From Methanomassiliicoccaceae archaeon (GTDB taxonomy: Archaea > Thermoplasmatota > Thermoplasmata > Methanomassiliicoccales > Methanomassiliicoccaceae), in the NCBI GenBank assembly GCA_963728405.1, contig CAVSJV010000005.1:288001-352000 (forward strand): 64,000 nt of DNA, written 5' to 3'. Of this stretch, positions 1 to 10,522 are shown in pieces. The position numbers and the translations under genes were made by a program. Below the pieces are notes generated by a model. It saw nothing but the letters and a program-made list of their open reading frames with translations. It was not told the DNA's origin and made no database searches. Every line of letters starts with the position of its first letter. The stretch's first letter is position 1.

Positions 1-1139
1 CAGGCCGCGGAGCTTCAGCTCGTCCTTGCTGACGTTGCCGATGGGATAGTGTTCCAGGAAGGAGACGAACTCCTCTTCCAGGGAGTTCAGCGTCGTGGAC
101 CCCGGCTGCACCGAGATGTCATCCTGGACCACATCGAACTTCGGCTCGAAATGGGTGGCCGTCGAGGCCAGGTCCCGGAGCCGACGGAAGTCCACCGTCA
201 CGTACAAGGGTCCGGGGGACGTTCTTCACCACCAGCCGCACGATCTTTCCATCGAGGTCGCCAGATAGCAGCGACTCGGTCTCCGCCCGGAGCGATGCCG
301 GGTCGAGGCCCCGGGCATCGATCGGCCCCAGGTCCACCATCGGCCGGGTGGGCAGTTCGATGAAGTCCCGCTTGCGGTTGTCGAGGTCCAGGAGGTAGAA
401 GCCCTTGGGGTGCCCGGCCTCGGTGAACGAGAACCGCTCGGTGGAACCAGAGTAACAGGTGTTCTTCAGCACTTCGTAACGCTGGTGGAAATGCCCCAGG
501 GCGATGTAGTCGAGATCCTCCTTCAGATAACAGGTGTCGACCAGCTGCTCGTTGAACTCGTTCATCCTGAACTCGTCGAAGCCCACCACACCGGCGTGCA
601 GCATAGCGATGTTGTACCTCGTATCGGGGCATTTCTCGATCAGGGGCAGCTGCCCCTTGAATCCCTCCCCCTCGGAGTGGGGGACGGCGTGTACGGTCAG
701 GTCGCCGACCACGATGCGCTCGTAGATGCCCTTGTACACCGTCCGGACGCCCTTTGAGGTGCTCGAACAGCCGTAAAGCGCTCCCCGTCTCTCTCAGCCT
801 GGGAGTGGAATGGTTTCCGGCGATGACGATGAACGGGATATCCGCTTCCGATAGGCGGACCAGTTGGTCGAGCGCAAAGCTCAGCGCCCGGTTCGACGGC
901 CTCACTGTATCGAACAGGTCGCCACTGTGCAGGACCACGTCGGGACGGATCTCCAGCACCCGGTCGACGAATCGCTCGAACGCCAGGTAGGTATCGACCT
1001 CCCGCTGGTTCAGCCCCTTGTAAGGGCCGTCCTCGTCGCAGACCTTGCGGTAGGCCGAGAAACCGATATGGGTGTCCGCGACATGGACGACCTTCAGGAC
1101 CGAACCCCCGTCAACGGACGAGTGAACGCGGCGTCCCAC
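1..1139 (-). CDS. mre11: Mre11/SbcD-family DNA repair nuclease (frameshifted near 745 and 195; runs off the window start)
   Basis: Phosphoesterase motifs HVADTH, GDLFD and GNH in ORF 198-1139, then LHAG, ALGHFH and YSGSTERFSFTE in ORF 119-739. Lies downstream of herA. The true start may be the CTG at 1097. Confidence 0.9.
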
Positions 1140-1257
1140 TTTTAGCCTTTTGCTATGGTTCTTCGTTTCCGCTCACTTGCCGCTCTCCCGGGAGGAAACC
1201 TGCGTTTGGGGCATTTGCCCCCCCCCAAGTCGGGGATGATGCCCTTGCCTGGCACCG

Positions 1258-2793
1258 TCAGTAGAACCCTTTGTCCGGTGTGGTCCTGGCGTTCTTCTTC
1301 TCGACCTTCCCGCCCGCCCGGGCCAGGTACTCCTCATAAAGGTGTATCTTGACCGGAACGGCGAAAGGCGTGAACGGCGATGCGATCAAGGCCTCACCGG
1401 GCATCAACATCTGTATCTCGTTCTCTAGCTGAGAGATGTCCTGCTTGGCCGAGTTCTGAAGGATGTCCCGGTCCCGCTTGTCCGCCAGCCCGAGGATGAA
1501 CAGGGTGTTGAACTGTGAGATGATCTCGCTGTCGATAAGCTTAGGCTGCTGGGAAACGGCGCATAGGCCGGTCTTGAACTTGCGCCCTTCCCGGGCGATC
1601 TGAGCGAATATGCTCCCCTTCGCCTCGGTCAGCACCCGCTGCGCTTCCTCCAGGGCGATGAGCACCGGGGGCAGCTTGGCGAACTTGTCCTGGTCGCCGT
1701 ACAGCTCCTTGTTGCGCTCGAAGATCGCCCGTGATAGCACGGTGGAGATGAGCAGCTCCTCGGTCTCGTACATGTTCGACGTGTCCACCAGCACCACCTT
1801 TCCGTCATGCAGGCAGTCGATGATGTTCTTGGTGACTGACAGCTTGGGGTCCCTGGTGATAAGGTTCAGCCGGAAGAGGTTCTCCAGGCGGCGCTTGATG
1901 ACATTGATCGTGCCCTCATGGTACTTGTTCTCCCCCAGGTCCTTGCCGATGGCCGCCACCGTCCGGTCGTTCAGTTCGACCAGCCAGTTCTCGCCGTAGC
2001 GGTACTGGGCCGACTGCATGCACTCCTTCTGGGGTTCGGTGAACTCATAGAGGTTCTGCAGGTCGGCGATCTCGATCTCGGACGCGGCCAGGTTCAGGGT
2101 GTTGTACGGGCCGTCGAGCTTGCGGGAGGAGAACACTACTAGGGCATCAGGATAGCCAGCGTGCTTCAGGCCGCGCTTCTTGGCCTCGCCCCCGTCATAG
2201 TATTCGCCGTGCGGGTCGAGGATCAGGAAGCCGTACTTCCTAAGGCTCATGCAGGAGAGGGCGAGATTCTTCATCAGATTGCTCTTGCCCATGCCGGTGG
2301 TGGCGAAGATGCCGATGTGGTGCGGGATGGCCTGCCCGGTGATGCCGACCGGGAAGTCCAGGACCTGATCGCCGGAGCGCAGGTTCCCCACCTGGATGTC
2401 CCCAAGACTGTCCTTGAGGAAATTGTAGTCATCGATGTTGGTCCGCCGCACCTTGGCGAAGTGGTTGGGGATGGTCTTGGTCTTCTTGAATGTCGAACCG
2501 ATGCAGCCCAGGGGGATCGATACGCCCGTGGCGAAGAGCTGGCCTTTCACCACATCGACGTCGAAGTCCCGGTCACCGGCGTCCATCTTCATGATCTGGC
2601 CGGCCTCGGTGATCAGCCAGTTCTTCTCGACGGAATCGGCCCCGTGCTCGATGTCCATGACTCGGATCAGGTAACGGTCCGGCGAGGTGCCGTTCTCCAC
2701 CACCAGCATCTCCCCGACCTGCAACTGTTCTCCGAAGTTCATCCTGAAACGCGTCTCCATGACGCTGTTACCGACGACCCTACCGATGTGCAA
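1258..2793 (-). CDS. herA: HerA DNA double-strand-break repair helicase/ATPase
   Basis: N-terminal HAS-barrel-like region, Walker A ATTGMGKS, DPHGEY, Walker B LEEAQ, REGRKF and SQQP. TTG start preceded by GGAGGGGG. Adjacent to mre11. Confidence 0.9.
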   Translation of the reverse strand: MHIGRVVGNSVMETRFRMNFGEQLQVGEMLVVENGTSPDRYLIRVMDIEHGADSVEKNWLITEAGQIMKMDAGDRDFDVDVVKGQLFATGVSIPLGCIGSTFKKTKTIPNHFAKVRRTNIDDYNFLKDSLGDIQVGNLRSGDQVLDFPVGITGQAIPHHIGIFATTGMGKSNLMKNLALSCMSLRKYGFLILDPHGEYYDGGEAKKRGLKHAGYPDALVVFSSRKLDGPYNTLNLAASEIEIADLQNLYEFTEPQKECMQSAQYRYGENWLVELNDRTVAAIGKDLGENKYHEGTINVIKRRLENLFRLNLITRDPKLSVTKNIIDCLHDGKVVLVDTSNMYETEELLISTVLSRAIFERNKELYGDQDKFAKLPPVLIALEEAQRVLTEAKGSIFAQIAREGRKFKTGLCAVSQQPKLIDSEIISQFNTLFILGLADKRDRDILQNSAKQDISQLENEIQMLMPGEALIASPFTPFAVPVKIHLYEEYLARAGGKVEKKNARTTPDKGFY

Positions 2794-2843
2794 ACGAACC
2801 CCCTCCCTACAAGCCTATGCGAATCCAATCCTCAATCGGGTTC

Positions 2844-2860
2844 CTATTAAAAACGCTTTC
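2844..2860 (-). promoter_or_regulatory. Probable BRE/TATA promoter for herA-mre11
   Basis: Reverse strand reads GAAAGCG-TTTTTAATAG about 55 nt upstream of the herA start. Confidence 0.5.
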
Positions 2861-2980
2861 TGAGCTCATTTTCCTAACCGGACTGGGGATGGTGCGCTCA
2901 TCGTCCCCCCATGCCCTTGAGCGTGGATCAACCATAACTTATTTTAACGAGGGCCAGTCTATTTGTTAAGTACAACTTGT

Positions 2981-3081
2981 GGGGGCATAGGGTAATCGCT
3001 CATCCTGGCGGGCCCCAGCCCATGTGGATCTACTCACTGAGGGGAAACCTGTCGATCTAGGTTCAAATCCTAGTGTCCCCA
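2981..3081 (+). tRNA. tRNA-Trp(CCA) with a 28-nt intron at 37/38 (intron 3019-3046)
   Basis: Acceptor stem GGGGGCA/TGTCCCC, D arm, anticodon stem GCGGG/CCTGT, anticodon CCA at 3015-3017, T arm CTAGG-TTCAAAT-CCTAG. The CCCC/GGGG helix with an AAA bulge forms a BHB-like splice motif. AT-rich TATA-like sequence upstream at ~2938-2947. Confidence 0.85.
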
Positions 3082-3505
3082 CTCCATCCATCTTTTCATT
3101 CTTGATCCCGGATAGCCCTGCTGGTCGGGGTCGTTCGGTCCATCGCACAGATCCGATCGGGCCCCTCAAGGGCAGGGCGCGCGCTCAAGCTCAACAAGAG
3201 CCATATCTTTACAAATTATTGTATTATTTCTCTATAATATTAATCCGGAATGATTATAATCATGAATATTTATCGCCCCTTCTAAATGGAATTTTATAGA
3301 TATCCTTCTAAATAATCATAAATGACGTCCACTTGGTAGCCATTTTTAAGCGACCGCCCTATCTGCCGCCAGGGTGGATTAGAAAAAGGGTAGGTAGCCA
3401 GTATAAGGATTCTGAGAAAAAGTGATTGTGGTCGAACGAGTTGAACTTGGCACTTAGCAAGTTGAACTGAACAAAGAAGGTGAAAGAAAATATTGAGTTG
3501 ATCTA

Positions 3506-6132
3506 ATGGAGAAAAGTATTGAAAAACGGATGGGAAAACGATTATATAAAATTGGTGCGATTTTGGCAGTGACCCTCCTTTTGGGTTCCATATTGGTATT
3601 TTCTGTGACCGCTGTGGATGCTGCGACAGTCGTCCAGTTACACCGTCAGTAAAAATACGGCGGGCAAGACTATCGTTCAGGACAGCAGGGGGAGGACTTT
3701 AACATCCTCTTCCTCCTCTTCTACCGCAATCCAGTATGCCATTGACCGCACCTCCAACGGTGGCATCGTCCTGATCAAGGAAGGCACCTACACGCTGAGC
3801 GGCCTCCTGAAGGCAAAAGCTGGCGTCACCATCTCTGGAGCGGGGGCCGGAACGGTCCTAAATAATGGGGAGATCGATGTCTATGTCTCGAACGTGGTCA
3901 TCACCTCCCTGAAGATGACGGGAACCTGCCACATATTGATCACCCCGACGACCGCGGACATTTCCAACATAATCGTCCAGGATGTATCGGCGACCGTGGG
4001 CACGATCGAGGCAGCAAACAGCGTGATTACGAACAACTACAAGGTGTCCGGCGTGAAGTTCATCAGAGACACCGTCACGAACAGCGGTGCCAGCGGTTTC
4101 ATGCTGTCAGGCAGCGCCATGATCAGTGACATAACCTTTGATTCCTGCAAGGTCATCGGATCGGGTCAGAGCACCAGATTCAACGACTGGGTATCTGGAT
4201 TCATACTCGCGCAGAACGCTGTGGTAAAGAACATTAACGTCGTGAAATGCGAAGCATCCAGCAACTGGGAGAACGGATTCTTCCTAAAACCGTCGGTGAC
4301 TAAGACCAACGTGGTCCTTCAGGACTGCATTGCGAACTCCAACGGTCAGAAGCCAACGGCCCAGGAAGGCTATGGCTATCTGCTCGACGCAACGGTATCC
4401 CTGGTCGACAGCACCGGTACCGGTAACAAGGGAGGCCTGACCAATTTGGCCACTCTGCCGGCACCGGTGACGAAGGGCACTTCGAACATCGTCCTCAGCA
4501 CGACCTCGAGCGTACAGGTTGGCACGAACCGTTCACATCACCGGCACTCTGAGTGGCGTCAGCTCCTCGAGCACGTCCGGAATCGCGGGCGCCTCGGTCA
4601 GCCTGACCGTTTCGACGCCCGGTGGAGCGGTCGCCAGCCCGACCCAGATCGCGACCATCACCACCGATGCCAGCGGAACATTCGCCACGGATTACGTTCC
4701 GACCCAGGTTGGTACCTATTCGTTCGTGACGACCTACGCCGGGAACACGGCCTATAGCGGATCGACCACAAGTGCTTCGTTAAGCGCGACCGCGGTGCCG
4801 GTCCCGACAAAGAGCCCATCGACCCTGTCCCTCTCGCTCGCCTCCACCAGCGTGGAGACGAACAAGAACATGCAGGCCAACGGTGTGCTGTCCGGAACCT
4901 CTGGTATCGCTGGAGCGACCGTCAGCCTGAAGGTCACCCTGCCTGATGGTACGACTGCAAACCCTACCCAGGGAGCGACCGTCACCACCGACAGCACCGG
5001 CAAGTTCACCATGGCCTATGTACCGACCAAGGTCGGGACCTACACATATACGGTGACCTTTGCGGGTGACAGCCAGTATACTGATTCGTCCAAAACGGCG
5101 ACCTTCACCGCCACGGCTCCGCCCACTCCGCCACCCGCTCCGACAACCACCTACGATTACCTCGTGTCGAGCAATGTGGTCAAGACCGCCAGCGGCGCCA
5201 CTGCCTACACTGGTAGCAGCTTCACCGCTGCTCTGCAGTGGGCCGTAAGCCAGGGTGGCAAGATCACCTATGTGCCCGCAGGCAGCTATTCGGTCACCGG
5301 ATCGCTTAACTTCGCCAGCGGCACCACCTCGGTATCCACCACCCTCATCGGTGATGGGGACGGGACCACCGGAACGGTGCTCACCTTCACCAGTGGGGCC
5401 GAAAGCGCCTCCAGGATCAACATGAACGGTGTGAGCAACGTTGCCATGAAGAAGGTCAGGATCGTCAGTGGATCGATCGAGATGTACGTAAGCGGAGGCA
5501 CAATCAAGAACTTCCGCTTCGAGGACGTCACCAGCTATCAGCTCAACATCAATCAGCCCAATGGGAGGCATGAAGCTTCCTGGAAGATGACGGTGTTGAG
5601 CAATGGTGTCCTTGATGGCATCTCTTTCTACCGCTGCAAGGCCATTAACGGTGGCGGCATAGGCTTCGAGCCCTACGGTGACTTCACCGGCTGGGTCAAG
5701 AACGCCTACTACGAGGACTGCCTATGCGACCATCTGGGCCTGGACTCGAACACCCGCTTTAACCCGTGGGTCTGTGGCTTTGACATCGCCGAGAGCGCCA
5801 AGGTGGAGAACGTGAAGTATCTCCGGTGCACCTCACAGTACATCTGGGAAGCAGGCTTCCATTGTGAGCCGATCGCAGCCAACAACGTCGTCATCCAGGA
5901 CTGCGTTTCCAACTACTGCGGTCAGAAACCGGCCAACTTCGTCAACCCGGAAGGGCTGCCTCCAGGACCCTACTTCGGTCAGGGCTACTTCTGGTCCCCG
6001 TACCAGTCGCAGATCCACATAACTCTGATCAACTGTCAGGGAACCGGGAACGCCAGGGGTGACCTATATCACGATGCCACCACCCCGAACCCTCTAGGAT
6101 ACAAGAACGGAGACCTGCCACCAACCGGCTAA
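3506..6132 (+). CDS. Secreted/surface protein: signal peptide, right-handed beta-helix domain, two Ig-like repeats, Pro linker, second beta-helix domain (frameshifts near 3628 and 4530)
   Basis: ATG 3506 gives a basic then hydrophobic leader (KRLYKIGAILAVTLLFGSILVFSVTAVDA). ORFs 3618-4757 and 4519-6132 join. Pectate-lyase-3-like AIQYAID..GGIVLIKEGTY motif. S/T-rich composition. Confidence 0.75.
4480..5120 (+). repeat. Two tandem ~100-aa Ig-like (Big-type) repeats within the surface protein
   Basis: GIAGASVSLTVSTPGG..TTDASGTF..YVPTQVGTYSFVTTYAG aligns with GIAGATVSLKVTLPDG..TTDSTGKF..YVPTKVGTYTYTVTFAG. Confidence 0.85.
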
Positions 6133-6134
6133 AC

Positions 6135-6157
6135 CTCTTTCTAATTTTCTTTTTTTA
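6135..6157 (+). terminator. Archaeal oligo-T terminator
   Basis: CTCTTTCTAATTTTCTTTTTT directly after the stop at 6132. Confidence 0.55.
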
Positions 6158-6245
6158 AGGATTCGCCCGGGAATCACTACGGACCTCTCGTTGTGATGGG
6201 CCACCAGTCTATGATCCTCTTGGATAAGCATCTGGTTTGCTTCCC

Positions 6246-7484
6246 CTACCATCCTGACCTCTCAGTATGTGGGTCGAAGGCCAATTGACCTGCTCGGGCG
6301 GTTAGGGCCTCGTAGATGTCCCGATATCTCCCGAGTATGATGGGCCAGTCGTATTGCTCCGCGTTCATTCGAGCATTATGTTCCATGGCCCTCCTCGCTC
6401 CGTCGTCCTTGAGCAGAGCCTCAAGCTTCAAGAATAGGTCCGTTTCATCCCCTCTTTTAAAGATCAGGCCGCTATGCCCGTCCTTGATGAGCGCCTTGAA
6501 GACCTCTAGATCGCTAGCGATCACCGGGAGGCCACAGGCCGAGGCCTCGAGGATGACGATGCCGAAGGTATCGCCCAGCGAAGGCAGGACGAAGATGTCT
6601 GCACCACCATAGTAGAGGCGCTTATCCTCCTCGGATACGAAACCAGGCAGGCTGACCCTGTCCTCTATGCCCATCCGTTTTGCCGAATCGATGAGGCTAC
6701 TGCGAAGGGGGCCATCACCGACCATGACCAGGTAGGGATCGACATCGCTCATGTTCAACTGGCTGAACGCGCCGAGCAATATCTCCGGGTTCTTATAGGT
6801 CGAAAGACTTCCCACATAGAGAACGACCCGCTTCCCAAGAGGGATCCCGAGACGACGCCTGCACTCTCCCTTGGGCAGGTCGAGATAAAGGCTGGCGAGG
6901 TCCACTCCATTCGGTACAATCTGGGCCCGGGGAATGATCTCCCGGTAGGTTGGCGAGTCCTCCAGTGCGGTCAGCGAGACCGCGGTGATGGCGTCCGCAT
7001 GCTTCAGGAGCGGGGAGCAAAGGTAGTTCATGAAGACCAAAAGGGCCAGCCTTCGAACGTAAGAGCCCCCCTCCAGGGAGACGTCATTGTAGGTGGTGTG
7101 GATGGTGACCACCAAGGGTTTGACCTTTGCCCTCGAGTAGGCCAGGGCCGCGAAGGCTCCCGGCGGCGTACCAAGATGGCCGTGCACCAGGTCCAGCTCG
7201 TGTTGGAGCGGTTTCCAGAGCAGCCCGGAGGATACGATCGTGCTTGCGACCTGGAAGTCTCTGCTATAGCGGTATACGGTGATCCCCTCGTACTCTTGTA
7301 CCAGGTCCTCCCGGGTCGGGGAGGTCGTGAAGACTTTGACCGAATGGCCCTGGGCGTTTAGCGAAAGCGCAAGATGATAAACCACCTCGGCCACACCCCC
7401 CCATCGGTACATGCTCATGTCCTGGTCCTCTACTGTGAACGGGGCCCTGAAGGGAAAATCGGTGGTAAAGAGTCCGATCCTCAT
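6246..7484 (-). CDS. Glycosyltransferase family 4
   Basis: MRIGLFTTDFP start, VPNGVD, YVGSLSTYKN, VGDGP, DTFGIVILEA. Confidence 0.9.
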   Translation of the reverse strand: MRIGLFTTDFPFRAPFTVEDQDMSMYRWGGVAEVVYHLALSLNAQGHSVKVFTTSPTREDLVQEYEGITVYRYSRDFQVASTIVSSGLLWKPLQHELDLVHGHLGTPPGAFAALAYSRAKVKPLVVTIHTTYNDVSLEGGSYVRRLALLVFMNYLCSPLLKHADAITAVSLTALEDSPTYREIIPRAQIVPNGVDLASLYLDLPKGECRRRLGIPLGKRVVLYVGSLSTYKNPEILLGAFSQLNMSDVDPYLVMVGDGPLRSSLIDSAKRMGIEDRVSLPGFVSEEDKRLYYGGADIFVLPSLGDTFGIVILEASACGLPVIASDLEVFKALIKDGHSGLIFKRGDETDLFLKLEALLKDDGARRAMEHNARMNAEQYDWPIILGRYRDIYEALTARAGQLAFDPHTERSGW

Positions 7485-7597
7485 GGTCACTCCCAGGTTC
7501 GGACCGAGAGCACATCGGCCCGAACGGCCCGTCGGATCCTCCGGGCAATCAGCGCGGTCGGTCGGGGCCATAATGGTCACCAAGGTCCGTCCTACTA

Positions 7598-8817
7598 CTA
7601 TCTCCTCATATCCTGGCCGATGGCCTTTTGCCAATCCACGGGCTGTCCTCTGGAGGGCGTGACATTGGGCCGGGCTGTGTCGACCAGCTCTTGGGCTTCT
7701 ATTTCATAGGCCAGGGCGAGGTTCTTCCAATCGTACTCATCGAGGACCTGGGATGTGCGCGAATCATTCTGATCAGCTCGCCCTTCTAGAGTCTCTCCGA
7801 GCCTCTCCGCCAGATCGTGGGCGTCAAGCGGCGTGAAGAGCTGCCCTCCCACTCCGCCCTGGGTGGCCTCCCTAATGGGCGGAATATCCGAGGCGACATA
7901 TGGGATCCCGGCAGCCATGGCCTCGATCACCACGATGCCGAATCCTTCCACCGTGCTCGGCAGAGCGAAAGCGTGAGATCTCTTCAGGGTCCTGACCAGG
8001 TCTCGAATCTCTGGGAACTTACCCACGAACTCCACATTCTGGGTCAGACCCCAATTTTTGGACCAGCTGCCTCAGATTGGCCTCTTCTGGGCCTCTGCCC
8101 ACGATCAGCAATCTGATGTCAGGGATCCTCGCTCGCAAAAGGCTGACCGCTTGTATGAGGACTGTCCACTCTCTTGTATGATACCAGCCTGCAGATGGTA
8201 ACTATGGTCGGGGAGGCGAATTTAGCCTCGATATCAATCGAATCGTAATAGGCCCGGTCCACGCCATTACGGATCACGCAAACGTTCTCTGGATCTATGC
8301 CAAGGTTCTCGACCAGCTTCCCCTTCGTGAACTCGCTTACCGCGATGTACTTATCGAACGGTTTCATCAAGTTCCTCCTCTCCAGCAAGTTCCCGACGGC
8401 CCCGTTCAAAAGGCCCATGTTCCTTGCCCACTCCCCCTGCCATACTTCATGGACGGTCACCATGGTCGGTATAGAGGTCAGCTTTCGGCAGTATGTGCCG
8501 GCAGAATAGGAAACAAATCCGCTCGCTTCGATGACATCTGGATTAAGTTTAGCCACTTCCTTTGCACATCTCTTGTTGAAATCCATTCGGGACAGAAACT
8601 GTCCCCCCTGAACAAACGGTCTCGATTTACCGACCCGATGCACAATTATGTCGTCGTATTGCTCGATGCCCTCTTTCCCGCTCTGGAGGCTGGCGAACAC
8701 ATGAACCTCGTTCCGTTTGGCCAGCTCCTTGCATAGATTGATCACCCGGGAATCCACACCGCCGAACAAAGGGTCTTCTTTCTTTGCGAGATATTCTGTT
8801 ACTACCGCCATTATCAT
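7598..8817 (-). CDS. Glycosyltransferase family 4 (frameshifted near 8120-8165)
   Basis: The N-half (VHE, AVSEFT, IRNGVD, ICRLVSYKRVD) in ORF 8119-8973 joins the C-half (PSTVEGFGIVVIEAMAAG) in ORF 7598-8035. Confidence 0.85.
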
Positions 8818-9178
8818 TCTATTTCCTCCACTTGTCCAGGGCACCCCACACGCCATCGATCGATCCTGGGGCGGATGTGGCGGATGGTCACTAGGGCTGG
8901 CAGAGACGGAAGGAAAATCCGTTCTCATGATCCGCGGAAGGAGGAACACAATGCACCACCGGTACGTGTTCATCCACTTTCCCTGGGGGCCTCAGAGGGG
9001 TCCCAAAACAGTATTATGTGCAGTTTACCCTATTTAATCCTGATATGCTCGGAGCCTGGGTCGTACAGCGGGACCTCCGGCATCATTAACAGCTTTCTAA
9101 TAGGTGCAATTCAAAATATGGCCTCCTCCGATGTAATCGAGATTGAACCATGGTCGCTCCGTGTGATGTTGTGCTGAG

Positions 9179-10306
9179 ATGGAGAAGATGAGGATCGCCT
9201 TCGTGACCTTCGAGTACCCTCCCCACATAGTAGGGGGTGCTGGAACTTACGCTTACAAAATAACCAAGGAGATGGCCAGCCTAGGCCACGATGTGCATGT
9301 ATTCACTCCTGAAATGACTCCCTACTTGGTTCCCCCCAACGTTACGATGGAAAGCGTACCCAGCAATAATAAACGCCCTCTCGGGGCGCTCCAGTTCTGG
9401 TTAGGCCTCCCCGATGTCATCGAACGGGCCGAAGGGAGGAATAAATTCGATATCATTCACTTTAATGGCACCTCCTATTGGTTTCTCAACGGGCTGACGG
9501 AGACCACTAAGGTGGTGACGATCCACCATCTGGCAAAGGATTCCCTGCGTCATGACCGGGGAGTGGGGGTGCTCCTCACCCTGATCGAGAAGAGGGCCAT
9601 GGACCGATCGACCAGGATAGTGGCGGTGAGCGAATACACAAAAAAACGGATTGTCGACGGGTACGGGGTCGACCCGGACAAGATCGGGGTCACATATAAT
9701 GGTGGTAGTTTCGATCCATCCACCCCCATCGATATGCCGGGGGCACAGAAATGTCTGGCGGTATCTAAGGGAAAAAAGACCATCTTGTTCGTTGGTAGAG
9801 TAAATGACAATCGCAAGGGGCTTGACCTTCTAGTGAAGGCAATGAGGCTGGTGCTTGACCGGACCGACGCCATGCTCATCGTGGCCGGTAAAGGGGACCA
9901 GAGCGAGTCGAGGTCCCTATGCAGCAGCCTCGGGATCGAGAACAATGTTGCATTCATCGGATATGTCGAAGATTCTCTCCTGCTGGGCCTGTACAGGTCG
10001 TGCGACGTTTATGTATGTCCCTCCCGTCTTGAAGGATTTGGGATCACCGTCCTCGATGCTCAGACATATGCAAAAAAGGTCATCGCCACCCGGATAGGGC
10101 CGATTCCCGAGATCGCCTCGCCCAGCACCAGATTGGTGGAACCGAACGATATCGTTGACCTGGCCTCAGCCATCCTGGATTCCCTCGACCCGTTCCCTTC
10201 CGGTGCCTCCATTCCATCTAAAGGGGACCTCGATCATTTGTCCTCTTTTTCTTGGGAAAGGGCGGTCCAAGGGCTAATCAAAGAATATGAAATGGCCATG
10301 AAGTGA
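9179..10306 (+). CDS. Glycosyltransferase family 4
   Basis: MRIAFVTFEYPPHIVGGAG, FVGRV..RKG, PSRLEGFGITVLDA. Confidence 0.9.
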   Translation: MEKMRIAFVTFEYPPHIVGGAGTYAYKITKEMASLGHDVHVFTPEMTPYLVPPNVTMESVPSNNKRPLGALQFWLGLPDVIERAEGRNKFDIIHFNGTSYWFLNGLTETTKVVTIHHLAKDSLRHDRGVGVLLTLIEKRAMDRSTRIVAVSEYTKKRIVDGYGVDPDKIGVTYNGGSFDPSTPIDMPGAQKCLAVSKGKKTILFVGRVNDNRKGLDLLVKAMRLVLDRTDAMLIVAGKGDQSESRSLCSSLGIENNVAFIGYVEDSLLLGLYRSCDVYVCPSRLEGFGITVLDAQTYAKKVIATRIGPIPEIASPSTRLVEPNDIVDLASAILDSLDPFPSGASIPSKGDLDHLSSFSWERAVQGLIKEYEMAMK

Positions 10307-10522
10307 GAGATGCCCCCATCTGGTCTGCCTAGCAGGGAGCATCTAGAGAACGACCGGATGAGCAATGCTCTCGAGGCCAATGTTCTCCTCCTTAGCTATT
10401 GGCCGGGGATGTATCGGGTCAGGCTTCCGAAGGCTCTCCGCTGGTCCTCGCCGGGTCTGCTCGCCAATCTGCATGGAACGGTGGCCGTTGGGGAGCCAGG
10501 GCGGACCATGGCGCCTGGGAGG

